Virus record (IMG/VR): IMGVR_UViG_3300036766_000359
Location: 64,001 to 128,000 of that record
DNA length: 64,000 bases
Source: a virus
Strand: one strand, 5' to 3'
Positions 1 through 9,559 of the stretch are shown here, piece after piece (positions within the stretch are counted from its first letter, which is position 1; the number at the start of each line of letters is the position of its first letter). The notes below the pieces were generated by a model. That model searched no databases, had not been told where the DNA came from, and saw only the letters and a list, made by a program, of their open reading frames with translations. The translations under genes were made by a program, and so were the position numbers.

Positions 1-498
1 GTCTTCGTCTGCCCATTCATCGCCAGAATAACCCATCTTCATGTGATCGTAGTAGTCAGAACGTGAAGAAGGGTTTTCATGGTCATCAGGCAACTCTGCA
101 GTTTCAGCAACTGTCGGAATAACTGAGTCAATGTTATCCGTTTTAGGATGACGATGTGTTGTTTCGGCGTCTTGATCACCCGGAAGAAGGCAAGAACTAT
201 CACGCAATTGATTAACAAGTTCCGTCGAATACGCAACGGCAGTGATAACACGACCATCTTGCGTAATAACACGACGATTAGACGAGAAAGACTGAGGATA
301 ACTCAGAAGACGGTCCGGACCGAAAGGATCAGTCCCGTGAGTTCCGGGTAAAGCATCGCCATGTGGCGAATTCTCTGACTTCGGATCCTCGTCGTCTTCA
401 CCACGCGACGTTATACCGTTATCAGAGTCGTAGGTCCCAACGCCAAACTCGTTAACCGCTTTTCCGAGAGCGTTCTCTGTAGGAAGAGATGAAGGCAT
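1..498 (-). CDS. Acidic low-complexity hypothetical protein, runs off window start
   Basis: Manually translated: ATG at 496-498 directly after the TAA of the upstream gene; open frame MPSSLPTENALGKAVNEFG...GDEWADED to position 1. Absent from the ORF track because it has no stop in the window. Confidence 0.75.
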   Translation of the reverse strand, partial: MPSSLPTENALGKAVNEFGVGTYDSDNGITSRGEDDEDPKSENSPHGDALPGTHGTDPFGPDRLLSYPQSFSSNRRVITQDGRVITAVAYSTELVNQLRDSSCLLPGDQDAETTHRHPKTDNIDSVIPTVAETAELPDDHENPSSRSDYYDHMKMGYSGDEWADED

Positions 499-2529
499 TT
501 AAAATTTTACGTCCCAAAGTCTTTTCGGGTTAATTCTTCTTTTCGGAGCCTTGATCCCAGGTGGCAATTCGGGGGCCGCATTCTGGCGCATCCAATCAAC
601 TTCTGAGTCAGACAGGCCAAGTTCGTAGTAGTTTAAATTTCTCTCGTTCAATGAACCGGGAAGCCATGAGTAATTATCTTTAATCGGAATTGATGCTACA
701 CGTGCCGAAACTCGAAGAATACTTAGACTCTTTCCGGCGTAACTACCAGTTTTGAAAACTGTCTGATCACCATCTGTTGGATTATCATCTCCAGTGACGC
801 CATCCATCACCCAGTCTTCATAGATTGGATTCGACATGTTAGTCCCACTAGAAAGATCTTCCCCAGCAGGATCATCAGACCCAAATGAGTCTCCATAACC
901 ACCACTCTCAGTGCCAGATTGACCTGGACCGATGTGTTCTACACGTGGTCCAGGGAGAGTAGATACCGGGAGAGAAGAATCTGAAACACGACGAATCTTA
1001 TTCAATTCCGATTTCATAATAACACGACGATCAGACGATGCTATTGTGTTAGATTCCAAACGTTTTCTTGCTTTATCACGAACCTGTTCATCCGTGTCAT
1101 CGGATAACTTGGTCAAGATTTCAAGAGGTGTATTAGGGTTCTTGGCCACACAATAACGAACACCCCTGTCCGCATCACCGGATAACTTGGTCAAAGTTTC
1201 GGGAGGTGTACTAGGGTTCTGGGCCACACAATAACGAACACCCCTGTCCGCATCACCGGATAATTTGGCTAAGATTTCAGGAGGCGTATTATGGTTGTTG
1301 GCTACACCCTGACGAGTAAAGTTACTCGGATCACTGGATAACTTGGTTAAGGTTTCGGGAGGCGTATTTGAGCCCCTGGCAACACTCGAACGAACATCCG
1401 AATCCGCGTCACCAGACAATCGGGTTAAGGTTTCAAGAGGCGTATTGGAGTTCCTGGCCACACATTCACGAACCCATCCATTCGTGTCACCAGATAATTT
1501 GGTTAAGGTTTCGGGAGGAGTGTTTGGGTTAAGAGCCACCTGCTGAAGAACATCATTGTCCGTGTCACGCTTTGCGGAAGTCCCCGGCAAAACGCAGTCG
1601 GCAAGTTTGGTTAATATTTCGGGAGAAGTGTTAGGGTTCTTGGCAACATCCGAACGAATTTCTGGATCCGCATCTCGAGAGAGTTCTTCTAAATATTCTA
1701 GTGGCGCATACGAAATTACGCCTCTATATATGTTTTTAGATGTTGCCCACTCCCATACATATGGACGATATTTCGAAATGGGTTCTACATTCTGTTTACC
1801 CCGAGCCTGTTTTATTCTGTCATCAATAACTTCAATAGTTACATGAGGTTTGTTGTTAGAGTCGCGAAGACTATAAATTTTAGTACCTTTTTCAACTTTA
1901 TTTTTATATGATCCGACGCAATGTTGCATCAGACTACCTTCTACGTCTAGATCCTCAACGGGCACGGATACCATCGTAAAACCATCACCGAAGTCATGGT
2001 CTACATTCTTTGTCTTATATTTACCCGTCTGATCTGTAGAATTGAATCCTTCGTGCCATTCATCTGAAGCCTCGATGGCTTCTTCAAAACCGATTTTTGT
2101 AAGATTAGGTTCTTGATCCTGGATCCAGTCAAACAAATTACTAAGTTCATCCTCAGTAGGAGGATTAATACTGTCATCTTCAATTTGTGTTGCTAACCAT
2201 TTAGCAGTATTTTTATCAATTTTAACTCGATAATTTTTAATTACGAGAAGTGTAGCGTTACTAAATATGGGTCCTTGTTTTGATTGTTCTTGAAGACGCT
2301 CATAAAATTCACGAGAGTCTTCCGATTTATCTCGTTTATTTGTTTTCTGAAGTTGTTTTAAATTTAAACTAATCAAATAATCATATACGTTGTCAGCAGC
2401 AACATGAATGTTGTCCAACATCTTAAGTGCATAAGAAATACGTGAAGAAAAATCAGAAAAACGACGAATCTTATTCAATTCCGAAATAACGGTATTGATA
2501 CGATCAGAAAAATCAATAGGATCTCTCAT
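499..2529 (-). CDS. PcfJ-like domain + LRV/HEAT-like helical repeat protein with acidic C-terminal region
   Basis: DLDVEGSLMQHCVGSY...IYSLRD is the PcfJ-like motif; it is followed by 7 repeats of the type VRxxVAxNPNTPPExLxKLSxD. Confidence 0.75.
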   Translation of the reverse strand: MRDPIDFSDRINTVISELNKIRRFSDFSSRISYALKMLDNIHVAADNVYDYLISLNLKQLQKTNKRDKSEDSREFYERLQEQSKQGPIFSNATLLVIKNYRVKIDKNTAKWLATQIEDDSINPPTEDELSNLFDWIQDQEPNLTKIGFEEAIEASDEWHEGFNSTDQTGKYKTKNVDHDFGDGFTMVSVPVEDLDVEGSLMQHCVGSYKNKVEKGTKIYSLRDSNNKPHVTIEVIDDRIKQARGKQNVEPISKYRPYVWEWATSKNIYRGVISYAPLEYLEELSRDADPEIRSDVAKNPNTSPEILTKLADCVLPGTSAKRDTDNDVLQQVALNPNTPPETLTKLSGDTNGWVRECVARNSNTPLETLTRLSGDADSDVRSSVARGSNTPPETLTKLSSDPSNFTRQGVANNHNTPPEILAKLSGDADRGVRYCVAQNPSTPPETLTKLSGDADRGVRYCVAKNPNTPLEILTKLSDDTDEQVRDKARKRLESNTIASSDRRVIMKSELNKIRRVSDSSLPVSTLPGPRVEHIGPGQSGTESGGYGDSFGSDDPAGEDLSSGTNMSNPIYEDWVMDGVTGDDNPTDGDQTVFKTGSYAGKSLSILRVSARVASIPIKDNYSWLPGSLNERNLNYYELGLSDSEVDWMRQNAAPELPPGIKAPKRRINPKRLWDVKF
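1070..1700 (-). repeat. Coding tandem repeats, about 78 nt (26 aa) period, LRV-type
   Basis: A 42-nt identical stretch occurs at 1144-1185 and 1222-1263; other units are diverged. Outer limits approximate. Confidence 0.85.
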
Positions 2530-2547
2530 AACAAGTCATACCGGTGA

Positions 2548-3240
2548 TCAGTATCCGTCTTCGTCGTCTTCGTCGTCTTCTTCTTCGATCTCATCCTCGT
2601 CAGGAACGAAACCTTCATCAAAATCATCAGGAGAAGGATTAGTTATCGGTTCATCTTCATCCGAATCTTCATACGAATCGAAAGGTCCGGAATCGAAAGG
2701 CTGTTGATCATCAGAAAATTCGTTATCAACAAATTCTTCCGGATTAGATTTCACTTTCTCCACATCACTAACAATTTCAGAAACTTGTTCATCGGATGAC
2801 TGTTTCCAGTGTTCCGCGTTAATTTCATCTTGAATCGTATCAGTGAAACTTGATAAAGTTTCAACCGATGCAGCAAGAGACTGTCTCATGTCTTTAACGG
2901 ATTGAATATAACCACGTCCACCAAGAAGACCATCGGGAGAAAACCCCGATGATGGCATCTTGCTAAATAGACGATAAGACGCGATGGCATAACTATGTGC
3001 TCTCTGAGCGGACCATAGGATTTTTGCCAGATTCTTAAGATTTCCCGACGTCCACTTAAACCCATCAGTACGAACATCGCGTCTTACTGGTCCTGAATCC
3101 TTAACGAATTCAATTTTTCCGCTCGTCCTGAGATTATGCGACGGAATAGCTCTCAAGCCAGCAATCCTAAGAGCTACACTATGGAGAGTTGGTTCGTCCA
3201 TAACATCTAGTTTAGACGATATTTTTGACCGTTTAGTCAT
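2548..3240 (-). CDS. Hypothetical protein with acidic C-terminal tail, possibly virion-associated
   Basis: 230-aa ORF in a tight operon; D/E-rich tail; SVALRIA motif. Confidence 0.7.
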   Translation of the reverse strand: MTKRSKISSKLDVMDEPTLHSVALRIAGLRAIPSHNLRTSGKIEFVKDSGPVRRDVRTDGFKWTSGNLKNLAKILWSAQRAHSYAIASYRLFSKMPSSGFSPDGLLGGRGYIQSVKDMRQSLAASVETLSSFTDTIQDEINAEHWKQSSDEQVSEIVSDVEKVKSNPEEFVDNEFSDDQQPFDSGPFDSYEDSDEDEPITNPSPDDFDEGFVPDEDEIEEEDDEDDEDGY

Positions 3241-3244
3241 TGAC

Positions 3245-3508
3245 TCATGTTCCTAAAACGGGGCCATCACTGTCATCAACAAGACGTTCGATATAGTATC
3301 CCTCATTATCCTGACCTAGTTTCCACATGTCTTGCTGAGAAACTCTAACAAGTTTGTCTCCAGCAATAATTTGGAAGCCGGAAAGTTGAACAAGGCTTGA
3401 CAAACGGGTCTTCCCGATAGAAGCCGTCTTCAAGATAGGAGGGGTACCGAAGAAATCATCTATGGAACTAGATGAAAATCTAAGGTTCTCAATATTGAAC
3501 ATAGACAT
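3245..3508 (-). CDS. Hypothetical protein
   Basis: 87-aa ORF, 4 nt from the downstream gene, same strand. Confidence 0.65.
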   Translation of the reverse strand: MSMFNIENLRFSSSSIDDFFGTPPILKTASIGKTRLSSLVQLSGFQIIAGDKLVRVSQQDMWKLGQDNEGYYIERLVDDSDGPVLGT

Positions 3509-3544
3509 ATCTATAAGACCTCGATTTTAAACTCAATGAAGGGC

Positions 3545-4450
3545 CTATGGAGACACTATAATGCTAACGACAACGGTCTGGTTACCGTTAGAAGCATTTG
3601 GGGAAGAAATGAGGATGGTTTCAGTATAAGTCCCTGGTGTGGTGGGTACCCCAGGACTTAAAACAGAAAAAGTGACCGGTGAAAACGCCGCAGATGCGAG
3701 AGGACCAACGGACGCTGGAACGAATTGAAGCCACGGGCTCCGATTTTGAACCTTCGCCAAAGTGGCATTTAGGATAGATCCGGCCGGACCAGAGTTCGAA
3801 ACAATGACTTGTTGAGAACCTCCGGAAGTGGCAAGGTTGAGGGAATATGTAAGAACGACTTGTGTTACGTTCGTTGCAATGGCAGGTCTCGGAAGAACTA
3901 TAACGCCAAAATTGAGCGTTATAACCGTAGCCGGTTGACGGTTGTCTTGGAGAACGACGCTTCCGGAATACGGAGATCCTGTTGATAACAAAATCGATGG
4001 GACGACTTTGATAGCAAACTGACCTTGTTCATTTTTGTTAAGACCGGAAACGATCGTCGGACCGACTTGAAGCCATGGAGCGCTCGGAGTAGCCGTAGCG
4101 GTAAGGAAAGAACCGAAAGCTCCGGCATTCTGGAAAACGACTGTGGAAATGAAGGAGGATGGGTCTCCTTCAGTGACCGTAACGTTAACTGGGTTGGGGG
4201 AGGATATTAGAGCCAACAGAGGTGCAAGCTGTTGTTGGACCTGCTGAAGGGTGTCGGCCATGGCCAAAACAACTTCTCCGGGTAGTGGAAGCTCCACGTC
4301 AGAGAAACGCCCGAACGGAGACATTATATCAATAACTCTGTAAACTTGATTGGCACCCTGAATGTTATTCGCATGGACGGTCCAGTACCATTTACCCCCG
4401 ACAGAGTCAAGGTCAAATGAAAATCCGCCCGCTGAAACGCTTGTAGCCAT
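3545..4450 (-). CDS. Protein with two BACON/Ig-like beta-sandwich domains, probable virion decoration or adhesion protein
   Basis: Two units containing WLQxxP followed by beta-strand patterns (APWLQVGPT, SPWLQFVPA); S/T/V/P-rich. Confidence 0.6.
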   Translation of the reverse strand: MATSVSAGGFSFDLDSVGGKWYWTVHANNIQGANQVYRVIDIMSPFGRFSDVELPLPGEVVLAMADTLQQVQQQLAPLLALISSPNPVNVTVTEGDPSSFISTVVFQNAGAFGSFLTATATPSAPWLQVGPTIVSGLNKNEQGQFAIKVVPSILLSTGSPYSGSVVLQDNRQPATVITLNFGVIVLPRPAIATNVTQVVLTYSLNLATSGGSQQVIVSNSGPAGSILNATLAKVQNRSPWLQFVPASVGPLASAAFSPVTFSVLSPGVPTTPGTYTETILISSPNASNGNQTVVVSIIVSP

Positions 4451-4473
4451 AATCTATGATGTCGAAAAGAAGC

Positions 4474-6324
4474 TCAACTGTCTACAGGTCTACGAAAACA
4501 GAATTTCTTTTTCTCTTTACCAAAAATCTTCACATATCCATGTTCGGAAGCATATTCCGACTCAGTCGAACCATGACGTGAAGCGTGACCATATAAAGTT
4601 TTCTTATGTATGACAAAGCCATCTTGATTTATATAATGATAATCTGAAGGGACAATGTGCATCTCTTCCCAATTGGAAGCGAGATATATAGTTCCAGTAT
4701 GCCCAAAAGTCGAATCAGAAAAACTGATTAAAGTTAAAACCCCTGGGTAATTCGCGAAAACTTTCTTGGAACATCTTGATATCATCCAAGACGCAAAGTT
4801 TTTCTTTTGATAACTTGGATGAATACAAAATCGATCAAGTTCTAATACCTGACTCTGACTGAAACCCATCGAAGTAGCAGATTCCTTCCTGACAGGAGGG
4901 CAAAATTTACAAACAGCAATTAAGTTATTCCCAAAATACGCACCATAAACAGATTTAGCGGCACGACCATATCCAGAATAGTGGAAACTTTGCAAAAACT
5001 CTTCCGGAGGAGAATAATATGAATTAGGTAAAATGTTTCTAATGTCAATTTTTTCAATAACTATATCGTCGAATGAAAAATCATTCTGGTTATCTTCTTC
5101 CTCATTAAAGAGGGCACGAACCAATTTTTGCCGAATGAGACCAGGGTTCAAGAAATCACGTTCCCAAAGGTACATGATTTTTAAATCAGAAAAGTATTTA
5201 TCAATGTACGTAAATTTCGAGGCGTCAGCACTCTTCCGAAGAGAGTGCCAGTATTCACCGTTACATTCGATCAGAAGGTTATGCGACGGAATGAATAAGT
5301 CAAATTCGAAATATCCAAGTACATGGTGACGAATATATTTAATATTAAGAGCATCAAGAAGAGTTTGAGTCGTTCGTTCGAGAATGCTGTCTTTACCATT
5401 GGAAAGAATTTCAGAACGAGCGACGGCTTGTCTCTTCCTATACTCGTCGTCCTGCCAACGAGCTTTACTGGCAACTGATATGGCTTCCCTATATGCAGGA
5501 TTAAGGAAAGCTTTATGTAATCCATCAAGAAGACACTTCCTGGATTTTGGGTCTGCCCACTGACGAGTTGCGTTATCCGACTTTAAGCGAAGAAGATCAG
5601 GGTCTTCGTTTGCTTTCTTTATTTTTTCTCGATATTCAGGGTCTTCCAAAAATGATTTGGCTCTATCGGATGCTTCTTTAATGGCAACGTCATTACCTTT
5701 CCAAAACAAAGCAATGGAATCAATTACACTGCTACGGTATTCATCATTATTCCATCTTTCAATAGCAAGAGTCCGTTGTAGTTCAACGTGTTTATCTGAT
5801 GCTTTAACATCAAGTTGACGTTTCACATACTCAGGGTCTAACCACATAGACTTAGCGCGTTCAGAACGAGCGTCACGTTCGTTCTGATCAACTTTTTGGT
5901 TATCACGAAATTCTTCTGTTTTCCACAGTTCAGTAGTTCTTATGGAGGCTTCATTCCTGATCTGAGGGTTACTCCACGTCTTTGTCGAAGATTCCGTAAT
6001 CTTCTTACGAAATAAATCATTTGCCCATAAATTTTTGGAAATGTCCGACTGTTGAGAGCAACGATCATCGGACCACGATTTTCTGACACCTGCGGATATG
6101 GAGGCAAGATAACCAGGGTCCAGACTTTTCTCTTTCACACCACAAGAAAGACATCTATACTTACCAACACGCTTAATAGTGCGAAGTAAAGATGCGATTT
6201 TTATCTGGACTTCAGCACCACACTCACATAGCGCCGTAACGACTGACTGATTCGTTAACCGACCGTATTCACCTTTAACAAACGACTGGGAGATTTTGAA
6301 TCGTTCAAGGTCAGGATGGGTCAT
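4474..6324 (-). CDS. Homing-endonuclease-like fusion: Zn ribbon + NUMOD3-like helical repeats + DUF559/Vsr-type nuclease + C-terminal Hef/Mom-like GNAT domain
   Basis: CECG...CLSCG; repeated K..W.D.EYR helices; FEFDLFIPSHNLLIECNGEYWHS; ELDRFCIHP...LISFSDSTFGHTGTIYLASNW. Confidence 0.7.
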   Translation of the reverse strand: MTHPDLERFKISQSFVKGEYGRLTNQSVVTALCECGAEVQIKIASLLRTIKRVGKYRCLSCGVKEKSLDPGYLASISAGVRKSWSDDRCSQQSDISKNLWANDLFRKKITESSTKTWSNPQIRNEASIRTTELWKTEEFRDNQKVDQNERDARSERAKSMWLDPEYVKRQLDVKASDKHVELQRTLAIERWNNDEYRSSVIDSIALFWKGNDVAIKEASDRAKSFLEDPEYREKIKKANEDPDLLRLKSDNATRQWADPKSRKCLLDGLHKAFLNPAYREAISVASKARWQDDEYRKRQAVARSEILSNGKDSILERTTQTLLDALNIKYIRHHVLGYFEFDLFIPSHNLLIECNGEYWHSLRKSADASKFTYIDKYFSDLKIMYLWERDFLNPGLIRQKLVRALFNEEEDNQNDFSFDDIVIEKIDIRNILPNSYYSPPEEFLQSFHYSGYGRAAKSVYGAYFGNNLIAVCKFCPPVRKESATSMGFSQSQVLELDRFCIHPSYQKKNFASWMISRCSKKVFANYPGVLTLISFSDSTFGHTGTIYLASNWEEMHIVPSDYHYINQDGFVIHKKTLYGHASRHGSTESEYASEHGYVKIFGKEKKKFCFRRPVDS

Positions 6325-6373
6325 TCCAGAATTTACATTAGAAATAAGAAATTTATGACAGTAATTTAAATAG

Positions 6374-7147
6374 TCATCCCGATATGGTCAAAATTTGAGC
6401 GTCACCGCGGTCTCTAAACTGGGGGAGTGAAACTTCATGAAGTATGTTGAAATGCCTGTCTGAGATAGCGAAATATACGGTCCAGTATTTTCCATACTTA
6501 GAGTTGTTAATTGCATCATCAAGAGCTTTTTCCGCAATCAGGATTTCGTCTGCGCTACGACCCTGTTTTCGAAGCATTTGGATGTGAACCTGCTTCTCTC
6601 GAGCCTCGTCGGCAATAAGGTCCTTGATTTTCTGAAGAGCGCGAAAGAACCTGTGGCGAACCCGACCCTGGGTTAAATTCATCTGTTTAGCGATTTCCGA
6701 TTGGCAAGTCGTCTCGTGCATTCTCCACAGTATTTCCCGGTCTTGTTCGCAAAATTTCGGACCAAGTTCAAGTTCGAACTGATCACGTTCAAGTTCAGGA
6801 ATAGTACGCAAAAACTGAATGCGCCTAATTCCTCTGTGTAAACGATATGAGACTGCAGCCTGAGTAATTCCGAATAATTTTGCAATTTGCTCTTGCTTCA
6901 TCTTATCTTTATGGTATAAACAGATTAGATCAGCTTCCCGAGAAGGGATCCTTTCCAAATACCTAGATATGGAATCGAAGTCTAGAGGCTGCCCGTCGAT
7001 CGAGATATCTTCTTCATCATCAGGAGCGAGGTTACGCTCAATCAGATTATTGATATCCTCCGATTCTCGGTCGTAACCTAAACGATCTTCGTTGCTAAAC
7101 CTTGATGACAGACTATTCGGATCTTGGATCAGGACATGTGTTGACAT
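6374..7147 (-). CDS. Sigma-70 region-4-like protein with two HTH units
   Basis: KQEQIAKLFGITQAAVSYRLHRG and QSEIAKQMNLTQGRVRHRFFRALQKI. Confidence 0.65.
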   Translation of the reverse strand: MSTHVLIQDPNSLSSRFSNEDRLGYDRESEDINNLIERNLAPDDEEDISIDGQPLDFDSISRYLERIPSREADLICLYHKDKMKQEQIAKLFGITQAAVSYRLHRGIRRIQFLRTIPELERDQFELELGPKFCEQDREILWRMHETTCQSEIAKQMNLTQGRVRHRFFRALQKIKDLIADEAREKQVHIQMLRKQGRSADEILIAEKALDDAINNSKYGKYWTVYFAISDRHFNILHEVSLPQFRDRGDAQILTISG

Positions 7148-7263
7148 TTACTCTCCAACTAAAACACAGGCAACGCCCATGGTAGTATCCAGTATTTGTA
7201 TTATTTAGCGGAGTTCCGCAGTCTGTATACATATTTGTCTGGGTATTGGAGAGCAGATCAAAA

Positions 7264-7292
7264 ATCTGTCTGGATAACACTACCAGACAGAT
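7264..7292. promoter_or_regulatory. Intergenic inverted repeat (10-bp stem, 9-nt loop); operator or hairpin
   Basis: atctgtctgg-ataacacta-ccagacagat in the gap upstream of the sigma-like gene. Confidence 0.4.
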
Positions 7293-7342
7293 ATGTTCTT
7301 TCGCACACAGTCATTTCAAAACAACCAAACTCTGGCTAGTTA

Positions 7343-7828
7343 TTATAACCACTTCAGAGCTACAGCGTTACAACAAACGTGCATTAGATTGTCCACAATG
7401 ATCATAAGCCAGAACGCGAGCCATATGGGACGATCAGGCGGGTAGCCGGTGGCCTGACACTCTGCCCATGGCGGGGTTGGCGCAACAGGATGTGCAAAAT
7501 GACTTTGCAGGTTTCGACACCCCGATGTTTGGATTCCAACCACCGTGACGCTGGCATCAATGCCCGGGCACACAGACCAAGGAGCTAGCCAGTTCTTAGC
7601 CCAGACAACATACCGAGCCAGCCGCCAACGGTCGATAATAAAGTGCGTTCCCGCTATGAACGTTAACGCTTGCCAAGATGGTTGAAGAAAAAAGAATGGC
7701 AATGTGTATACGATGGCATGAACCACCGCCGCTACAGACCGTTTGGTCTTCTCCGTGGCCATCCAATCGCTTTGAGTAACATAATCACCAAAGGCGTGTA
7801 GAATCAGTTGATCAGCAGTCACAAGCAT
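7343..7828 (-). CDS. DUF3307-like membrane protein
   Basis: LILHAFGDYVTQSDWMA..K, HAIVY and THFIIDRW motifs; hydrophobic segments. Confidence 0.7.
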   Translation of the reverse strand: MLVTADQLILHAFGDYVTQSDWMATEKTKRSVAAVVHAIVYTLPFFFLQPSWQALTFIAGTHFIIDRWRLARYVVWAKNWLAPWSVCPGIDASVTVVGIQTSGCRNLQSHFAHPVAPTPPWAECQATGYPPDRPIWLAFWLMIIVDNLMHVCCNAVALKWL

Positions 7829-7851
7829 AACACGCTTCCTTCTGGAAAGGT

Positions 7852-8907
7852 TCAGTCGATAATGTCAGAAAGCCACGATTCTCTCGGAATCGGTTCCGGA
7901 GACTGTAGGGGAATTGAAACCCCTATCTTGAATGGTAATATGTCTACCGACATAATTCCGAGATCTTGATGCAGAATATCGGTAGCCAACGAAAAACTCG
8001 GTCGACCAGGTTCTCTAATACGAGAGGATAAGTCAATAGACTCATCAAGACCGACCAGGTCATAATTGAGACGAATGCGATCGCGCATGAGAACGGCTTT
8101 GTCTCGTTCAGAAGGAGACATACCGGGGAGACCACTGGCGTATAAATCATCGATGCTCTGATGATGGCACAGAGAAACAGCAACTTTCTTTCGAAGTCGC
8201 TCGACTCCGTGTATTCCGTCAGACGAGTCACCGCAAAGAGCCTTGAACATACGAACGTGTGACGGTAAAACAGCGGGATGGCTACCCTTGTTCATACGAG
8301 CCCAGTGTTTGGCTGATTTTTCAGCGTCAAAAAATCTATCGCCGTCTATTCCGGGGACATAACATGCAACACGCGGATCAACGAGAAGTTGGAAGAAATC
8401 CTTGTCAGCTGATACTATGACTCTAACAGAGTCTCGATTGGATCGGCAAAAACTAGCAATAAGGTCATCAGCTTCTTCATTCGGGTCGTGATAAACGTCA
8501 CATCCGAGAAGAGAGAAAATGTGTGATAAAGTATCAACTTCACTAGAAGAAGAGTATCCGTCGAGGAGTACCTTATTGAGACAGACGGCAGATGAAGAAC
8601 TAGTGAGTTTCAATCCACGATCAGAGTTCAAGTCTCGATTTGATTTATACTCAGGGTCAAGTGTCTTCCTTCGCTTAGAATAACCATCGAAGAAAATCGA
8701 TATTTTAGTGATGTCAGGAATAGAGTAAAGCCAACTTGACAACATGAAGAGAGAGCCATAAATGACACCGGTCGGATATCCTCCAGGACCGGAAAGAAGA
8801 GGTTCTCCGCGTTCATAACGAGAATTGACATAAGCATAGTAAGCACGATGGATAAGATTGTTACCATCAACAAGAACATGACGTTCTAGTCCACCGGGTC
8901 GTCTCAT
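7852..8907 (-). CDS. 5'-3' exonuclease / flap endonuclease (PolI N-terminal or RNase H-like)
   Basis: LVDGNNLIHRAYY, FFDG, EADDLIA, IVSADKDFFQL, ALCGDSSDGIHGV. Confidence 0.92.
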   Translation of the reverse strand: MRRPGGLERHVLVDGNNLIHRAYYAYVNSRYERGEPLLSGPGGYPTGVIYGSLFMLSSWLYSIPDITKISIFFDGYSKRRKTLDPEYKSNRDLNSDRGLKLTSSSSAVCLNKVLLDGYSSSSEVDTLSHIFSLLGCDVYHDPNEEADDLIASFCRSNRDSVRVIVSADKDFFQLLVDPRVACYVPGIDGDRFFDAEKSAKHWARMNKGSHPAVLPSHVRMFKALCGDSSDGIHGVERLRKKVAVSLCHHQSIDDLYASGLPGMSPSERDKAVLMRDRIRLNYDLVGLDESIDLSSRIREPGRPSFSLATDILHQDLGIMSVDILPFKIGVSIPLQSPEPIPRESWLSDIID

Positions 8908-9533
8908 TCCTCAATCGCCTTTAGATAAGAAACCGGGAAGTCTATGAGGATCGGTTTGCTCCTGAGTTTAACGTGAACCTGAGCACTTTCCCCGCCTTCG
9001 TGTATGTACGAAACCTTAGCCTGAAGATTTTTGAAATTTCCTTTAACAATCTTTACAGACTGACCCTCTTTGAAAGATCCGAGCTTTAGTGTCTGCATGC
9101 CAGCTTTCATCGGAGCAATGTCGTTATCACTTAAAAGTGAAAACGTTCTCTTCCGAACACCGTTTATGGTGGTAGTTTGAATCAGGACCGAGCTAAAATA
9201 CATAGTATCAGAAAGTTTTAGGTATGGGATGCCTTCAACATGACTAACGAAAACATACCCATCCATGTAAAACATAGTTTGGGATTCATCTCTAACTTTT
9301 TGAGATACGGCGGGGATGAATACCTCCAACTGTTTTCCGAGAATGCGGTGAGCAGACCGCACAATCAAGTTTATATTTTTCTCTCTCTCACCGAGAGGGG
9401 TAAGTTGAACAATTACCCATTTCCCGCAGTGAGAAAAAGCAGTTTTTGGCTTCTCGGGAACAACAGGAACAGTCTTGCCATCGGACGCAGAGTTTATTTT
9501 AGGGGTTTTTCCGGATTTAGTTGGGTTAACCAT
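8904..9533 (-). CDS. nusG: NusG/RfaH-family transcription elongation/antitermination factor (NGN + KOW)
   Basis: WVIVQL...EVFIP...MDGYVFV matches NGN; FKEGQSVKIVKGNFKNLQAKV matches KOW. Confidence 0.75.
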   Translation of the reverse strand: MVNPTKSGKTPKINSASDGKTVPVVPEKPKTAFSHCGKWVIVQLTPLGEREKNINLIVRSAHRILGKQLEVFIPAVSQKVRDESQTMFYMDGYVFVSHVEGIPYLKLSDTMYFSSVLIQTTTINGVRKRTFSLLSDNDIAPMKAGMQTLKLGSFKEGQSVKIVKGNFKNLQAKVSYIHEGGESAQVHVKLRSKPILIDFPVSYLKAIEE

Positions 9534-9559
9534 GCGTTACTTTACGCATGCAACAACAG

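Noticed and set aside
1070-1700. CRISPR array or DGR template/variable repeats
   Set aside because: The repeats are in-frame 78-nt coding units without unique spacers; no reverse transcriptase is present and differences are not adenine-specific.
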